A stretch of 63,072 nucleotides of DNA, counting the filler, from Octopus bimaculoides (Eukaryota), in NCBI RefSeq assembly GCF_001194135.2. It is 5 parts of 5 records of this genome, joined end to end, with 100 filler letters (N's around TTAATTAATTAA, not from the genome) between each part and the next. Parts side by side here need not be neighbours in the genome. Positions count along the whole stretch, not along the records: positions 22,170 to 46,622 come from NC_068985.1; 4 more parts are not named here. The stretch is one strand, 5' to 3'. Below the pieces are notes generated by a model. The model ran no database searches. It was not told the origin of the DNA and was given only the letters and a program-made list of their open reading frames with translations. Of the stretch, positions 23,114-37,585 are shown piece by piece. A program made the translations under genes and the position numbers. Position 1 is the stretch's first letter. Each line of letters starts with the position of its first letter.

Positions 23114-25394
23114 TATATATAAGCATGTAAACTTGTTATTCCGGCATTTTTCCTTCTCACCGTGAACTGGGATTGAGGTTTCACCTTAACTCTCGAAAGA
23201 AAGCAAAAGATAGTTCCATTTTTCAACAATCTGCTTTTCGTAGAAGCACAACTGGTCCTACACAAGCGTTAGTTATAAGCAAAGCCGTTCTCTCCCTATC
23301 CTGAAGTGACCACATATGATCTTTTTATTATAAAATTTTCAAAATTTTAGTTAGATTTAGAAATATATAAAAGTAGCAATCTGTATATCGTACTTAAAGC
23401 AGATGTATCGTTGGAAGCCTGCTAAAAGCATCTCTTATAGATGTGTAGTGTTAGAAAGCATGTCTTATATATGTGTAGCATTTAAAAGCAAAAAATATAT
23501 TAGTAACAAATATCTTCAACAACGGTTTTTAATTTATCTAATGTATTATTCCAATTTTTAAAATTGGTAGAGTATTACTTTATGGATATTTAGTTGTTAT
23601 TTCTAACAAGTGACGCGAGTTGTGGATCCTATTTCCGTCGTTGACATGGAAAGTTCCAACTTTTGGCTATTGTGTGTTTCATTGGTTTGTAATGATGACC
23701 TCAAATTATTTCGTCCATGTTATGTACACCAGCGGACAGCAAGCTTGATAAACTTTAAATCATCACCGTAATCACGACTATCCACCACCACCACCACCAC
23801 CACCACGAAATGCTACTGTCAGATTTTTTTCGTAATTTTGCTATAATTAGGAGAATAGTTATGGCTAAAATTATTGAAAAAAAATAAACCGGTAAAAAAA
23901 TTAATATATAAAATGGTTATTAAAAATTGAAAACTAAATAAAACAGATACAAACTATAAAATAAGAAAAAAAACCACCCATTGGTCTGTAGGCTCCGCAC
24001 AAGACAAACATCTTGACCGTATGCTTCTAGTTTATCTAGGCTTGTTCATGTCTAAACCCGGTACAGCATTGATCGTGAAGACCTATATTCAAAGTCCTTC
24101 TTGTCGTGACTACCCTGTCTTTCTTCCATATAAAATATAAACCAAGACTACGTTATCCAGTTATTTCCATTTGTTTTTAGGTAGTAGGCTGTGGTTTGAG
24201 GGAAACTTCGATACAATTTCCACAAGACGAGTGACCAGGTAGAGGTTTTTGATGATAATTTAGTTTGGAAGTTAAAGAAACACTCGTGAGCTTTAAAGTA
24301 CTACCACTACTTGCAGTATTGAGCTGTTCCTAACAGTTCAGTGGATTGGAATTTTGATAGCTGCATAGACCACGAATACAATACGGTGCTGGCAAAGAGA
24401 TAACAATCTGCAATCCCTCAGCGATTTATGTACTAAAAATGTAGAACTCGTCAAGTGGTTGTCTGTTATGGTACCATTCAATAACCGCTCTTTTAGTTGT
24501 CAGCTATACTACATTACAGTCACTCGTCCACCCCAAACTAAGATTATCTAAATACAAAGAAAATACACCGTGGATGAGAAAAACTAAACGAAAGAAAACC
24601 AAGCATTTTGCCTTATCAACTGAGTTCATACATAGCTAAATAAGAATACATAAATATTTCGTCACAAATATCTTTATCACACCACAGTAAAAAGAAAATT
24701 AAGCGAACATCTTTCATTTAAAAGTCTTATCATATAAGGTGCAGCTGTGTCGGGAAGACATTACTGATTCAAGCGAAACAGCAGCCCCTAAACTATTTTA
24801 GCTATGGTTATTAGCGACAGATGTAAATACTGGCGAGATTAAGGAAGTAAAATCCCTCGGTACTTTACGTGGAAAGTTCTTTACGTTGTTTGTTCTGGAC
24901 TGGATTGCAGGTATTTGCTTTTTAACTCTTGTCAGAAGTGCATTGAATCAGCAACCAACAACGCTATAGTTCACCGACTGGCAATGTCAACAGAGCGTCG
25001 GATAAACTACCTTACAGTATACATTCCGAAACTTGATCTTTTAGTTCAAATACCGCTGAGGTTAATTTTGTCTTTTCTCTTTCTCAATTAAGAATGGAGA
25101 CTCGCGAAATCGATGGTTCGTCGTGCAGGATGCCTTGCTATATTTATTCCGACTTTTTGCGTTCTGAGTTGAAATTCCGCCGTAGCCTGCTTGAGCGACA
25201 GATTTAATCCGTCACACAGTTTAACACTACCACCTGACCCTTTTGCGAAATTTACTGTTTCGTTAGCATTCAGGTTAGGTCCCCTCTGCCGTCCACTTGT
25301 CTCGGAGGCTCTGTAAAGAGTTATAAACACTGCCCTTCCCTCCTGACTAAAAGATAAAATAGATTTAAATATTTAAAATTCTTTCATTTCAATT

Positions 25395-25540
25395 TTAATA
25401 CAAGGCCAGCAACTATGAGGAGAGTGGGGCAAGTCGATTACATCAACCCCAATACTCTGCTGGTACTTACTTACCGACCCCACAAGGAAAAAGGTATAAT
25501 CGATCTCAGTAGCATTTGAACTCAGAATCGGAAGAAATAA
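25395..25540 (-). mobile_element. Diverged SINE B (further diverged copies near 25100-25215 +, 27178-27290 -, 46050-46175 +, 55345-55450 -, 7950-8040 +)
   Basis: AAGTCGATTACATC..CCCC...CTGGTACTTA..GACC...GCATTTGAACTCAGAA homology. Confidence 0.65.
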
Positions 25541-27496
25541 CATTGAGCAATTAGTCTGGATGGGGGTGGGGTGGGGGGTTGTAACGATTCTACCAACTCG
25601 CAGACTCGGGTGAAATTTAAAAAATTAAAACAAATTTGTACTAGATTTCATAATAGAACAAATACACTAGTCAAAAAACAAAAACAGCGTTTGCATTTTT
25701 ATCAAACTCTTTATAGTTTCATAAGGCAAAGAAAATGTGAGAAATTACTTCGGGCGTTGTCTGATCGATCAATGATTTCGATTTCTTTCTTTACAGCTTC
25801 TGTTTTATTGCTTTATTATGGGAAAAATTTCTAATCAGCATATTTTGTATATTGGTTTCCTTTTAGGAGGCAAAAGATATGTTCGGCTTTAGAGGATAAT
25901 TAAGTAGCAATGTGTTTATTCAGAGCAATAATTTTATTTCCAAACATTAAATTTGAGAAAAATAATATTGTAAATAACTAAGGTTTACAAAAAAAAATTA
26001 TGCAAATCGTTTTGTCCATTAATGCTGGATTATAAAATTAACAATTACAAATATATTACCACATATAATTTCAAACACTTTTAATAAAGTGAAAAGTTTC
26101 ATTGAGTAAATTCTTTATTATTATCGAAACAACAAATTTAGATTTAAAACTCCGCAGTCAAGATTTAATATTTAGGATCAAGTATATCTCCTTGCTCTTC
26201 AGTCAGTTAACATCCGCCACTCAACATCCGCTGTACAATACCTTAACCGGAAATGTTTTTGAATATGACTCAATTACCACGGACATTTACACATTTTAAA
26301 ATTAATTCAAGATTGATTTTCCGTCATCGGCAAGAAAATGATGAATGCTAAAATTGAAATAAGAAAAGAAGGAAACCTGAGTGATTCACGAGATTAGTTT
26401 CAAATTTGAAATTAATCCGAAAACATAACTTCGTTTTACTCAAACGAACTTATCCTTCAAAACCAATGGACACATAGTGAAAGCTGGCCGTTCACTCATT
26501 GACATTTCAAATATAAAGTCTTTGTCCACCGTGTAAAAGAAATACCGTTAATATCGACTACTGAAGTGAAATAATATCGAAGTTAATTCCCATACATCTC
26601 CATGTCCATACCCGTTCTTTTCTTGTCTTCATTATTAATGACTTCCTGCTATTTACTAACAAGCCTATCAACTTGTCTACGAACAATTCGTCTCTGAAAC
26701 ACCAATCAATTATAAAAGCCGTCATTTGGTGGTGATTCAGTCATTTTATTCAGATAGCATTTTACCTCGACGTTTTAAACGCTAATCAACTAAAGTGACT
26801 TTTATTTCATTTTCACAATGGGAACATTTCTACTAATATTTTAAGGAGTGGAAGTTGGTAAATGCAGAAGGTATTTTTAGAAAAATGGGTATTAACAACG
26901 TGATCCGAGCAATAAAATCAAGTACTCGAAAACAAAGTGTTTTCGTTCAGTCTAACAGCTTCATTATTTTCACGTCTATCGTTTTAGTCCATTCTCCATA
27001 TCTCAGTTGGAGCTGGTGAAATGCCATAAAATGTCATAGTGATTCTAAATTCATTCCTTAATATGTTTATATGATATGATATCCACGATCAGAAATGTGC
27101 GTGTAATAGTTAAACCTGCTGTTTCTAATTTTAAAATAACAGCAGAAAAACAAAAGAAATCATCCCATGTACTATAGGCTTCAAATACTGGCACAAGGCC
27201 TGCAGTTTCGGGTGGGGGTGTAAGTCGATTACATCGACCTCAATGCTCAACTGGTACTTATTTTATCTACCTCGTAAGGATAAAAATCAATCTAGGTGCA
27301 ATCCCATGGTCATTCATGACCAAAGGGGTTCTTTACCCTTACCCTTCAGCAATAGTTTGAACTACTAAAGCCGTGACACTTGTGGTTACGATCCAGTTCC
27401 TTATTTTACATACTTGCGCATACACACAGACGCATGCTCAGACATACGCACGCATGCACATACGCATACATGCACATACATGCATACATACAAATA

Positions 27497-28185
27497 TGCA
27501 TAAACACCGACGAGACGACGTTGTAGCTAGGACACTCTATAATGAAATCCGTCGGAAGGATAATCCCGAGGACAAAGAAATAAAAAAAACTCACAATATG
27601 GTAGAAGCCATAGCCACTCATAATGAAATGGAGTACATGTGGAATGTACCAGTGAAGACCCCAATAAAATGTAAGCACAACAAACCTAATATAATGATTT
27701 GGGATAGAGAAGAAAAACTGTTCAGAGTTGTGGAAATTAGCTGTCCAGCGAATGTTAACATAAGTGAAAAAGATAACACCTACGCTGAATTATTGAGAAA
27801 TGTACAGTTACTCTATTCAGATTACAAGTTCAGGTTTATATCTGTAATTATTGGGGCATGGGATATGTAATACACTGCCTAAAAACCAATATTGAGAAAT
27901 TAGGCTTCTCAAAACCAGAAAGGAGAAAGCTAATTCGAAGACTACAGATCCAATCCATCACTGGAACTGTAAAAATCTGTAGAACTTTCCAGAAATTTAT
28001 CATTTAAATATATTTGAGCATGTCTAGGTATGCAACTATATGCATGAGGGTATATACATAAAACATACAAATCTGAAAATACATACATACAAACAAAAAT
28101 ACCCTGTTGTTGATGTAGATGAAACCTTGGATCTAGGGTAGAAACCGGTTCTTCTCTATTGGCAAGAAATCTTGAAATAAACTGA
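27497..28185 (+). mobile_element. 3' fragment of an RLE-type non-LTR retrotransposon (R4/Dong-like)
   Basis: HRRDDVVARTLY...WNVPVKT..KHNKPNIMIWDREEK..VVEISCP...Y matches the RHD / PD..ExSxP restriction-like endonuclease region. Continues frameshifted to TAA near 28006. Confidence 0.75.
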
Positions 28186-28217
28186 CACATACACGTACGT
28201 ATATATANNNNNNNNNN

Positions 28218-28795
28218 GATTGAGTCGATTACATCGACCCCAGTGTGTAACTGGTACTTATTTAATCAACCTTGAAAGGATGAAAGGCACAGTCGACCTC
28301 GGCGGAATTCGAACTCGGAACGTAACGGCAGACGAAACACCGCTAGCCATTTCGCCCGGCAGCGAACTTGCAGAATCGTTACCGCGACGAGAAAATTGAT
28401 TACCGGCATTTTTTCCGATTTTATGTTCTGAGTTCAAATGCTGCCGTGGTCGACTTTGCTTTTAATTCTCCGGGGTCGATAAAATAAGTACAAGTTGAGC
28501 ACTGGAATTAATGTAATTGACTTACCCCTTTCCCGAAATTGCTGGCTTTGTGCAAAAATTTGAAGCCGACAATCATAATAGCGGTTAAACTGGCAGATTC
28601 GTTACCGCGCCAGACATATTGCGTAGCAGTATTTCTTCTAATTCTTTAAGTTCTGAGTTTAAATTCCGCCGAAGTCGACTTTACCTTTCATCCTTACGGG
28701 ATCAATAAAATAAATACCAGTTTAACATTGAGGTCGATGTAATGGACATTCCTCTTCCCTAAAATTGCTGACCCTCTGCCAAAATTTGACACCAT
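28218..28795. mobile_element. Cluster of three SINE B copies (-, +, +)
   Basis: Approx. 28218-28362 minus, 28363-28570 plus, 28580-28795 plus, each with the GAGTTCAAAT/GGTCGACTTT core. Confidence 0.85.
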
Positions 28796-29386
28796 TATAT
28801 CTATAATTTTAATAAAACACTTGAGTTGCATTTAGTCCCACTCCAGCGGATGTTTACCAATTGACAATAAAGATGAAACCAACCAAAAAGCCTGTAACAA
28901 GTCGTGTCATTTCTTTGCTATCATCTGGAAGTCTAACGTAAATATAAGACTGAAAATATATGGGCGGAAGAGGAAACGTAATATCGAACAAAGTGATTTG
29001 CTTAAAACTAGTAGAGAATCTATTTCTGCATCACTGTAAAATATCATATATTCTGCGGTTAAATAGGTCAAGAGCGAAAACAAACAAACAAAATGCATAA
29101 AAGTAGAGAAAAAATTCTACTTTTAAATTATGTGTGAAAATGATATGAGACACCAAAATCTGCTTCTGTGTTTGTTGGTTTAATAACATTCTGGCTATAT
29201 AATTTTAATAATTAATGAAGACAGACTTTTGATTAAAATTATGAACCAAAATTGCTAGCTCTGTCTCCAGCACAATTCTGAATTTCTGTCATCTTAAAAT
29301 CTAAAATCCGAATTAAAATTTTACACAGACTTATTCTACCATGCGCATATTTGTGCTAGACAGGTTTTTGCATCTGATAATTTTTC

Positions 29387-29448
<62 letters not shown>

Positions 29449-29622
29449 NNNNNNNNNNNNNNNNNNNNNNNNNNNNNNNNNNNNNNNNNNNNNNNNNNNN
29501 NNNNNNNNNNNNNNNNNNNNNNNNNNNNNNNNNNNNNNNNNNNNNNNNNNNNNNNNNNNNNNNNNNNNNNNNNNNNNNNNNNNNNNNNNNNNNNNNNNNN
29601 NNNNNNNNNNNNNNNNNNNNNN

Positions 29623-29689
<67 letters not shown>

Positions 29690-29832
29690 CATGAAAAATG
29701 TTTTAAATGATAATATATATGACTCTCAAAATGTCTTGAGTGCTTCCTTTCATTTTTCCACTCACTAGTCTATATATATATAATACACACATATATATGT
29801 AAGCACATGTGTATATATGTATATATATAATA

Positions 29833-31147
29833 TTTGGTCGTCAAGTATAAAATTTGTAGTAAGGTATATGGTAAACTTTGAAAGCTGCTCATTTTGCACC
29901 ATTATTATATTTTGACAACCATTATTTTTTTGTTAGAAAGTTGACATATCTATTTCTTTATCCTAACTCATTTTGCACTTTATAAAGTATTTATAAATCT
30001 TTTTTTGCTATTTATGCTTAGAGATGGATATGTTGGAAATTCGTACAGTTTTGGAATATGAGTTCTTTCTTGGAAATACAGCATCACAGACAGCTCGGAA
30101 TATTAATTGAGTATTTCATTCTAATGTTATTACACAGCAGACAGTCTGAAATTGGTTTGCAAAATTTCGTTCTGGTAACTTTGACCTCACAAATGAGCAA
30201 CGCGGTCGACCAGAAACAAAGGTGGATAATGACGAACTGAAAGCCACCGTCGAGTGAGATCCACCTCAAAGTGCTCGTGAATTATTGTTGTTGCTTGGTA
30301 TTAGCAAGCAAATAATATCTACTCACCTAGTTCAAATCGGTAAAGTGAAAAAGTTGGATAAGTGGGTTCCACTTGAACTCAATGAAAATCAGAAACAGCA
30401 ACGTTTGGAAGCCTGCATTATGCTACTTTCTCGTCACAAAAATGAATCATTTTTGAATCGAATCGTAACATGTGATGAGAAATGGATCCAATACAACAAC
30501 CGTAAACGTTCAGTACAATGGTTGGACAAAGACGAGCCATTAAAACAGTCCAAAAAGCAAAATTCATCAAAAGAAGCTGATGGTATGTGTTTGGCGGTAT
30601 GGCGCAGGTGTGATCCATTATGATTTCATTAAACCTGGCTCATCAATCCCGACCGAAGTATACTGGAGCCATCTGGACCAAATGATGCAGAAACTTACAA
30701 AAAAACCCCCCAAAAACAAAAACAAAAAAAAAACAGCCTACATTAGTCAACAGATCCACTCCTATTTTATTGCAAGACAACGCCAGACCACATACATCGC
30801 AAAAATGATATTGGCGAAACTACAGGAGTTGGAGTTAAAAGATCTCCATCATCCACCGTACTCACCTGATCTTGCCCCCACTGACTACCACTTCTTCCAG
30901 AATTTGGATAACATTTTGATAGGAAAAAATTCTATTCCGATGATGCTGTAAAACAGACCTTCCAAAATTTTATTGATTCTAGATTGCCAGGCTTTTACAG
31001 ATCTGGGCTGGACAAGCTACCGTTGAAATGGCAAAAGTGTATTGGTAATATGGGTGCATAATTTGATAAATATAACTATTCCTTGTATTTATAAAACATT
31101 AGCAAACTTCTTTTTCTTTTCTATAAATTTCATACTTGACGACTTAA
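29833..31147 (+). mobile_element. Full-length degenerate mariner (DD34D) transposon
   Basis: Motifs KWVP, VTCDEKW, QDNARPH, HPPYSPDLAPTDYHFF across frameshifted ORFs. TIRs match at 22/25 nt including the TA (TATTTGGTCGTCAAGTATAAAATTT vs TATTAAGTCGTCAAGTATGAAATTT). Length about 1.3 kb. Confidence 0.92.
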
Positions 31148-31165
31148 TATATGCATACATATATA

Positions 31166-31211
<46 letters not shown>

Positions 31212-31442
31212 CGTTCGTGCGTGCGTTTATGTGTATGCGTGCGTTTATGTGTATGCGTGAGACAGAGAGACACATACACCAAAGAGCGAAACTCAGAGCA
31301 GCTGGAGTCTTACTCGACCCAAGCAAAAATATATTATCTTTATTATAAATAGAGAGTACTCTTTCTTCCTGCAGTCAAAGTAAACACTAACGGACACATA
31401 CATACATACATACGTACATACATACATACATAACATACATAG

Positions 31443-31537
<95 letters not shown>

Positions 31538-32102
31538 CATATATATATATATATATATATATAAGTACACACACACATACAGATACACGCACATACCTCA
31601 TACTTATATACATACATATCTCTACATATACACATGCACATGTATTTATGTATGTATGTATGCTTTCATTTTAAGAGCGTTTTAATTCTATCTATCGAAG
31701 TTAGAAAACATTTAACACACTGTAGAACAAAGAAACCTAGCGGATTTATCCAAACACTTTCATTCGGGCCAGTGGTTTTAAAATTAGAATTACCCATGCA
31801 AATTTCACTTGCTTAGTGAACCGATTTGTCTGCGAAGTTATTTGCGGTAACTCCTGAGTTTAGACAGAAAATATTCTTGGTTTTAAATCTGGTTCGGACG
31901 AATATTTTCAGCGGTACACTATCATATCATAACTATATGCATACAAATCCCAGTCCTTGCGCACACATACACATACACACACATGTACACATTTGAGCAA
32001 ACACACATACACACAGAGAGTTACATACATGCATGCATACATACATAGACATATACAGACATTTATACTTGCGTGTGTGTGACCTTTTGAGAGTATATAT
32101 AC

Positions 32103-32226
<124 letters not shown>

Positions 32227-32728
32227 ATTTCTCTATACATACATGTATTTATATATGTATATGATTATACGTTTAAGCGTATATGTTTGTATGCGTGTGT
32301 ATGTTCGTGTATGGATGAGCAGATGTGCACTGATAGAAATCTCTGGGATTGGAGTGAGTAAAAAATGCGAGGCGCATACTTCATTCTAAACGCACATGAG
32401 GTGTGTTTACTGGACGAAAAACATATAAGCATATGCATATATACAAACATTATATACATATATATTACATACTTATATACGTACATACACACATATATAT
32501 ACACAGTGCGCAAATACATACATGCGTACATACATTTCATTACGTATATATATTGTTTAAGCCGTGTTCTTAAATTTAAAGAAAGTATTAATCAGATCAA
32601 ATTGAACTGTGGAACTTTCTATTTCCTATATTTATCATCTCAATGGAAGCTTCCGGAATATATTTAAAACCTACCCTTATTTTGTTTAAATATAAACCTT
32701 TAGGGCGCAGGGAAGACAAAGCGCGCAC

Positions 32729-32765
<37 letters not shown>

Positions 32766-33049
32766 NNNNNNNNNNNNNNNNNNNNNNNNNNNNNNNNNNN
32801 NNNNNNNNNNNNNNNNNNNNNNNNNNNNNNNNNNNNNNNNNNNNNNNNNNNNNNNNNNNNNNNNNNNNNNNNNNNNNNNNNNNNNNNNNNNNNNNNNNNN
32901 NNNNNNNNNNNNNNNNNNNNNNNNNNNNNNNNNNNNNNNNNNNNNNNNNNNNNNNNNNNNNNNNNNNNNNNNNNNNNNNNNNNNNNNNNNNNNNNNNNNN
33001 NNNNNNNNNNNNNNNNNNNNNNNNNNNNNNNNNNNNNNNNNNNNNNNNN

Positions 33050-33145
<96 letters not shown>

Positions 33146-34894
33146 CATGAATGTTTATGTGATATGTTTCTTTGCAAGTATGTATCCATTTATTTATGTA
33201 TATAAGTATATATAAATGTATATTTGTGTGTGCATATATGTATATATATGCACGTACAAAAATAAATATACATATGTATATATATTAAGATATAGAGTTT
33301 GAAAGCATGTTACGAACGCAAATATTTTAGATGTATGCGGTACTTTTTTTTTCCCCTATCTAATTTCCTCCTTTTGAATAATTTATTTAAATTCTAGAAA
33401 ATTCTTAACGAATTTCTTCCTTTTCTTGCCCTCTGCCATCTTAACAACACGCTTCTTCTCCCCCACCCCCTGACTCTTCTGAAATCCTCGCTCAGAAGTT
33501 GAAACAATAAAATTAACAAATTAATAAAAAAAGAGAAAGGAAGGAAAATATTCATATATCCTTTCCCCTTACAGAAACAAAAAGTAAAAGACAGTCGAAC
33601 CTCAATCCCTTGCTCTGCCGAAAATCCGATAATCACGCACATACATACATACATACATACATACATACATACATACACACATATATACATATGTATATGA
33701 AGCAATGTATATCTGTACGTATATGTACATGTATACACACACACATATTTTTATAAACATATATATATGTGTATATATGTATGTATATGTGTGTTTGTGT
33801 ATGTATATGTGTGTTTGTGTATGTGTGCATATATGTGTGTACATTTATATGTATATGTATACACATTAAAATCCTTTCCGTTACTTTCCTCATATGTACA
33901 CTGCATGCAACCACCCGGGCTGGTGTCAAGAGGATTCAAATAAAAGATTTAAAAAATACCATACATAGATACATATATACACGTACATACATACATACAT
34001 ACATATGTAGATAGATACATATACATACATACATACATTCATTCATACATACATACATAAATACATACACACATACACACACACACACATACACACATAT
34101 ATATATATATATACACACATTTATATATGTACACAACACGTTGTATATATGTGTGCGCGCGTGTAGAGGCAAACGTGTGAGCGTATATCAATGTGTACGA
34201 TGCTTCTTGCTTTGTTTGTGCCGTTCCGTGAAGGTCATGTGACGAGAAAATATCACCCATGGCAAGAAGACGAAAAATAAAAGAGAAACTTAAATAAAAA
34301 AAATATATATATATGAAAAAAATTGACAACTTATTACCAAGTAAATATAAAAAGAAAAGATTTGAAAATTAAAACAACAACAATAAGAAAAAGATAAAAC
34401 CAGAACAAACAAATACAACAGCAACAAAAATAATTCACAACTACGTAACTAAACAGGAAATAAACAAATATATAAAATTGATAGAGTTTTTTTTTAGGTA
34501 AGCATTTATCATTAGAATTAAGTCCCTGACAGAAATGTCAAGAACCGTCTGAAGCATTTGCAGACATCCTTACGTACTCATACACACAGAAAGAGAAGAG
34601 ACAAGAATGCACATACAAAGACATACATACATACATACATACACACACACATACATACATACATACATACATACGTACATACACACATACATAAAAAACA
34701 TACACGTTTACATACATATATTCATACTTACATGCATATACACACACATAAACACATATATACATACTTACATAGATACACACTAATGCTTACGTACACA
34801 CATGATCCCACACACACACACATATTTACATAAATACATATATCTATGCACTACATGCTTACATGCACACATAATCACACCCACCCATATAATC

Positions 34895-34930
<36 letters not shown>

Positions 34931-35160
34931 TATATATTATACCTGTATATATATATATGCATATATATTATACCTATGTGTGTGCGTGTGTGTGTGTGTG
35001 TGTACGGTGNNNNNNNNNNNNNNNNNNNNNNNNNNNNNNNNNNNNNNNNNNNNNNNNNNNNATATATATTATACCTGTATATATATATGCAAATATATGC
35101 ATATATATTATACCTATGTGTGTGCGTGTGTGTGTGTGTGTGTACGGTGCGTATATGTAT

Positions 35161-35213
<53 letters not shown>

Positions 35214-36129
35214 CATGTATGTAAATTTGTACATGAATATATATAGTACATGCGCGAACATATGACTGTATATGTGAATATATGTGTGCATAAATAAAAC
35301 ACATCTAAACATATTTACGTATGTGTGTATTTACTGAGCTGTGGCTGAAGGTGCGGTGGAGTTGGGAATTCATCGACTCCACACATGCCTTACTAAAGAT
35401 TTAGTCTTGCTTTAAATTGAAGCGACATTATGATCAAAATTAGTGAGGAAGAAAGAAAGAAACTGTTTTATTACATTATTTTAACGTTTCTTATGTATTT
35501 TGCTTTAAGAAAAAGACAAAAAAACTACAAACAGGGTCAAATTGAATGCATAATGTGAAAAAGAAGCACACATATTCGCACGCATACGTGCAAAAAAATA
35601 TAAACGGTAAAGCTCTATACAGACGTTTGAGCTAAACAAATAACAGTCAAATCTCCTGCATATCACACGCTACCATTTAAAAAAGAACGCTAAATTGGAC
35701 AGTGTAGATCGATATACAATTTGCCTCAAAATAATAACTAGGACGAGATGGTCATGGTCGGTATAAGTTTGATTATAGGCGTTCTCATTGAAGGTTAGCA
35801 TTCAGCTAAGTGATAGCGCGCAAAGATACATGCAGGAGAGCCTTTACACGATCGTGCGACCAAAATAGATATAGTAGATAAATCTACCTGAAAATATGCT
35901 CGAGCGGCTTATAAAATGACGCGTTAGGTTATATGGTTGCGGGTCCACTGTACATAGGGAAAAGATGGGGTGGTCTCTGCACAATCACAGCTAACTTGGA
36001 GCTCAATAACACGATCGACAGCAACAGCATCTTCAACGCTTTGATAATAGATTCAACATGATACAAAATATTACGGTGAGCACCCGTTCTGCGTTTGTAT
36101 ATACATTAGAAATGTCATACACATCGTAA

Positions 36130-36270
36130 TAGGTGTGGCTGTGTGGTAAGAAGTTTGCTTCTCAACCACATGTTTCCGGGTTCAGTCCCACTGCATGGCA
36201 CTCTGGGAAAGTGTCTTCTACCTTATCTTCGGGCCGACCAAAGCCTTGTGCGTGGATTTTATAGACAGAA
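36130..36270 (+). mobile_element. SINE family A, 5' part
   Basis: GTGGCTGTGTGGTAAG...GGTTCAGTCCCACTGC...GGGCCGACCAAAGCC. Confidence 0.85.
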
Positions 36271-36807
36271 AATGTACCTCGTCGTTGCCCGGGTGTTATG
36301 ACCTACAGCTACATCGAATCATTTGTTCCTTTCTTATGGGCAGAATCGGCACACGAAGAGTATAAAGCAAACGACTCTTCTTTATATACATGTTTTTTGG
36401 TCATTTTCTGATGAACAAAGCTGAAATTTTTGACACCAGATACACGCACAGTGATAGCTCATAATTGTCCGACACAGCCTCGTTTTGGTGTTCATTTTTG
36501 TAGTAAAATAGTGCACTGTGCAAAAAATTCCTTTACGCTGGTAGCCGAAAGATTGCTCAACCTTTTGAAATCTCATATAGCAATATTGGCAACTCAGTTT
36601 CATGGCTACAAATTGGGTAATGTAGAAGCTGAAGTATTACTTATTCGTCCCATAATATTTGTTGATAACTGTGAAAAACACGCATATACAGTAGCTTCTC
36701 CAATGAAAAGGCCATGTTGATAAGTATTATGGTTTTCTGAAAGCATATTTGGTATCAGTTTATATCAATTTTGAGGCCAACAGAATAAAAAAAAGGACTT
36801 TTTGGGC

Positions 36808-36858
<51 letters not shown>

Positions 36859-37537
36859 NNNNNNNNNNNNNNNNNNNNNNNNNNNNNNNNNNNNNNNNNN
36901 NNNNNNNNNNNNNNNNNNNNNNNNNNNNNNNNNNNNNNNNNNNNNNNNNNNNNNNNNNNNNNNNNNNNNNNNNNNNNNNNNNNNNNNNNNNNNNNNNNNN
37001 NNNNNNNNNNNNNNNNNNNNNNNNNNNNNNNNNNNNNNNNNNNNNNNNNNNNNNNNNNNNNNNNNNNNNNNNNNNNNNNNNNNNNNNNNNNNNNNNNNNN
37101 NNNNNNNNNNNNNNNNNNNNNNNNNNNNNNNNNNNNNNNNNNNNNNNNNNNNNNNNNNNNNNNNNNNNNNNNNNNNNNNNNNNNNNNNNNNNNNNNNNNN
37201 NNNNNNNNNNNNNNNNNNNNNNNNNNNNNNNNNNNNNNNNNNNNNNNNNNNNNNNNNNNNNNNNNNNNNNNNNNNNNNNNNNNNNNNNNNNNNNNNNNNN
37301 NNNNNNNNNNNNNNNNNNNNNNNNNNNNNNNNNNNNNNNNNNNNNNNNNNNNNNNNNNNNNNNNNNNNNNNNNNNNNNNNNNNNNNNNNNNNNNNNNNNN
37401 NNNNNNNNNNNNNNNNNNNNNNNNNNNNNNNNNNNNNNNNNNNNNNNNNNNNNNNNNNNNNNNNNNNNCCCACATTGGTTCTGCAGGAATATAAATAAAA
37501 CATAAAAAACAGACAGTGTTGGAACTCTTTTAAACTA

Positions 37538-37585
<48 letters not shown>

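Noticed and set aside
28115-28160. GATGAA..stem..GAAACCGGTT hammerhead-like string in the R4/Dong 3' UTR
   Set aside because: The core lacks the CUG, stem II geometry is off by one and there is no convincing stem I.
34930-35149. About 80-bp duplicated low-complexity block
   Set aside because: Flanks a 52-N gap; overlap artefact.
36375-36720. Coding-like composition on both strands
   Set aside because: Multiple stops in the best frame and no motif I could name.
36749-37503. Long poly-X ORFs (also 39549-40521, 43722-44734, 49938-51206, 52007-54338)
   Set aside because: They span N gaps and carry no coding evidence.
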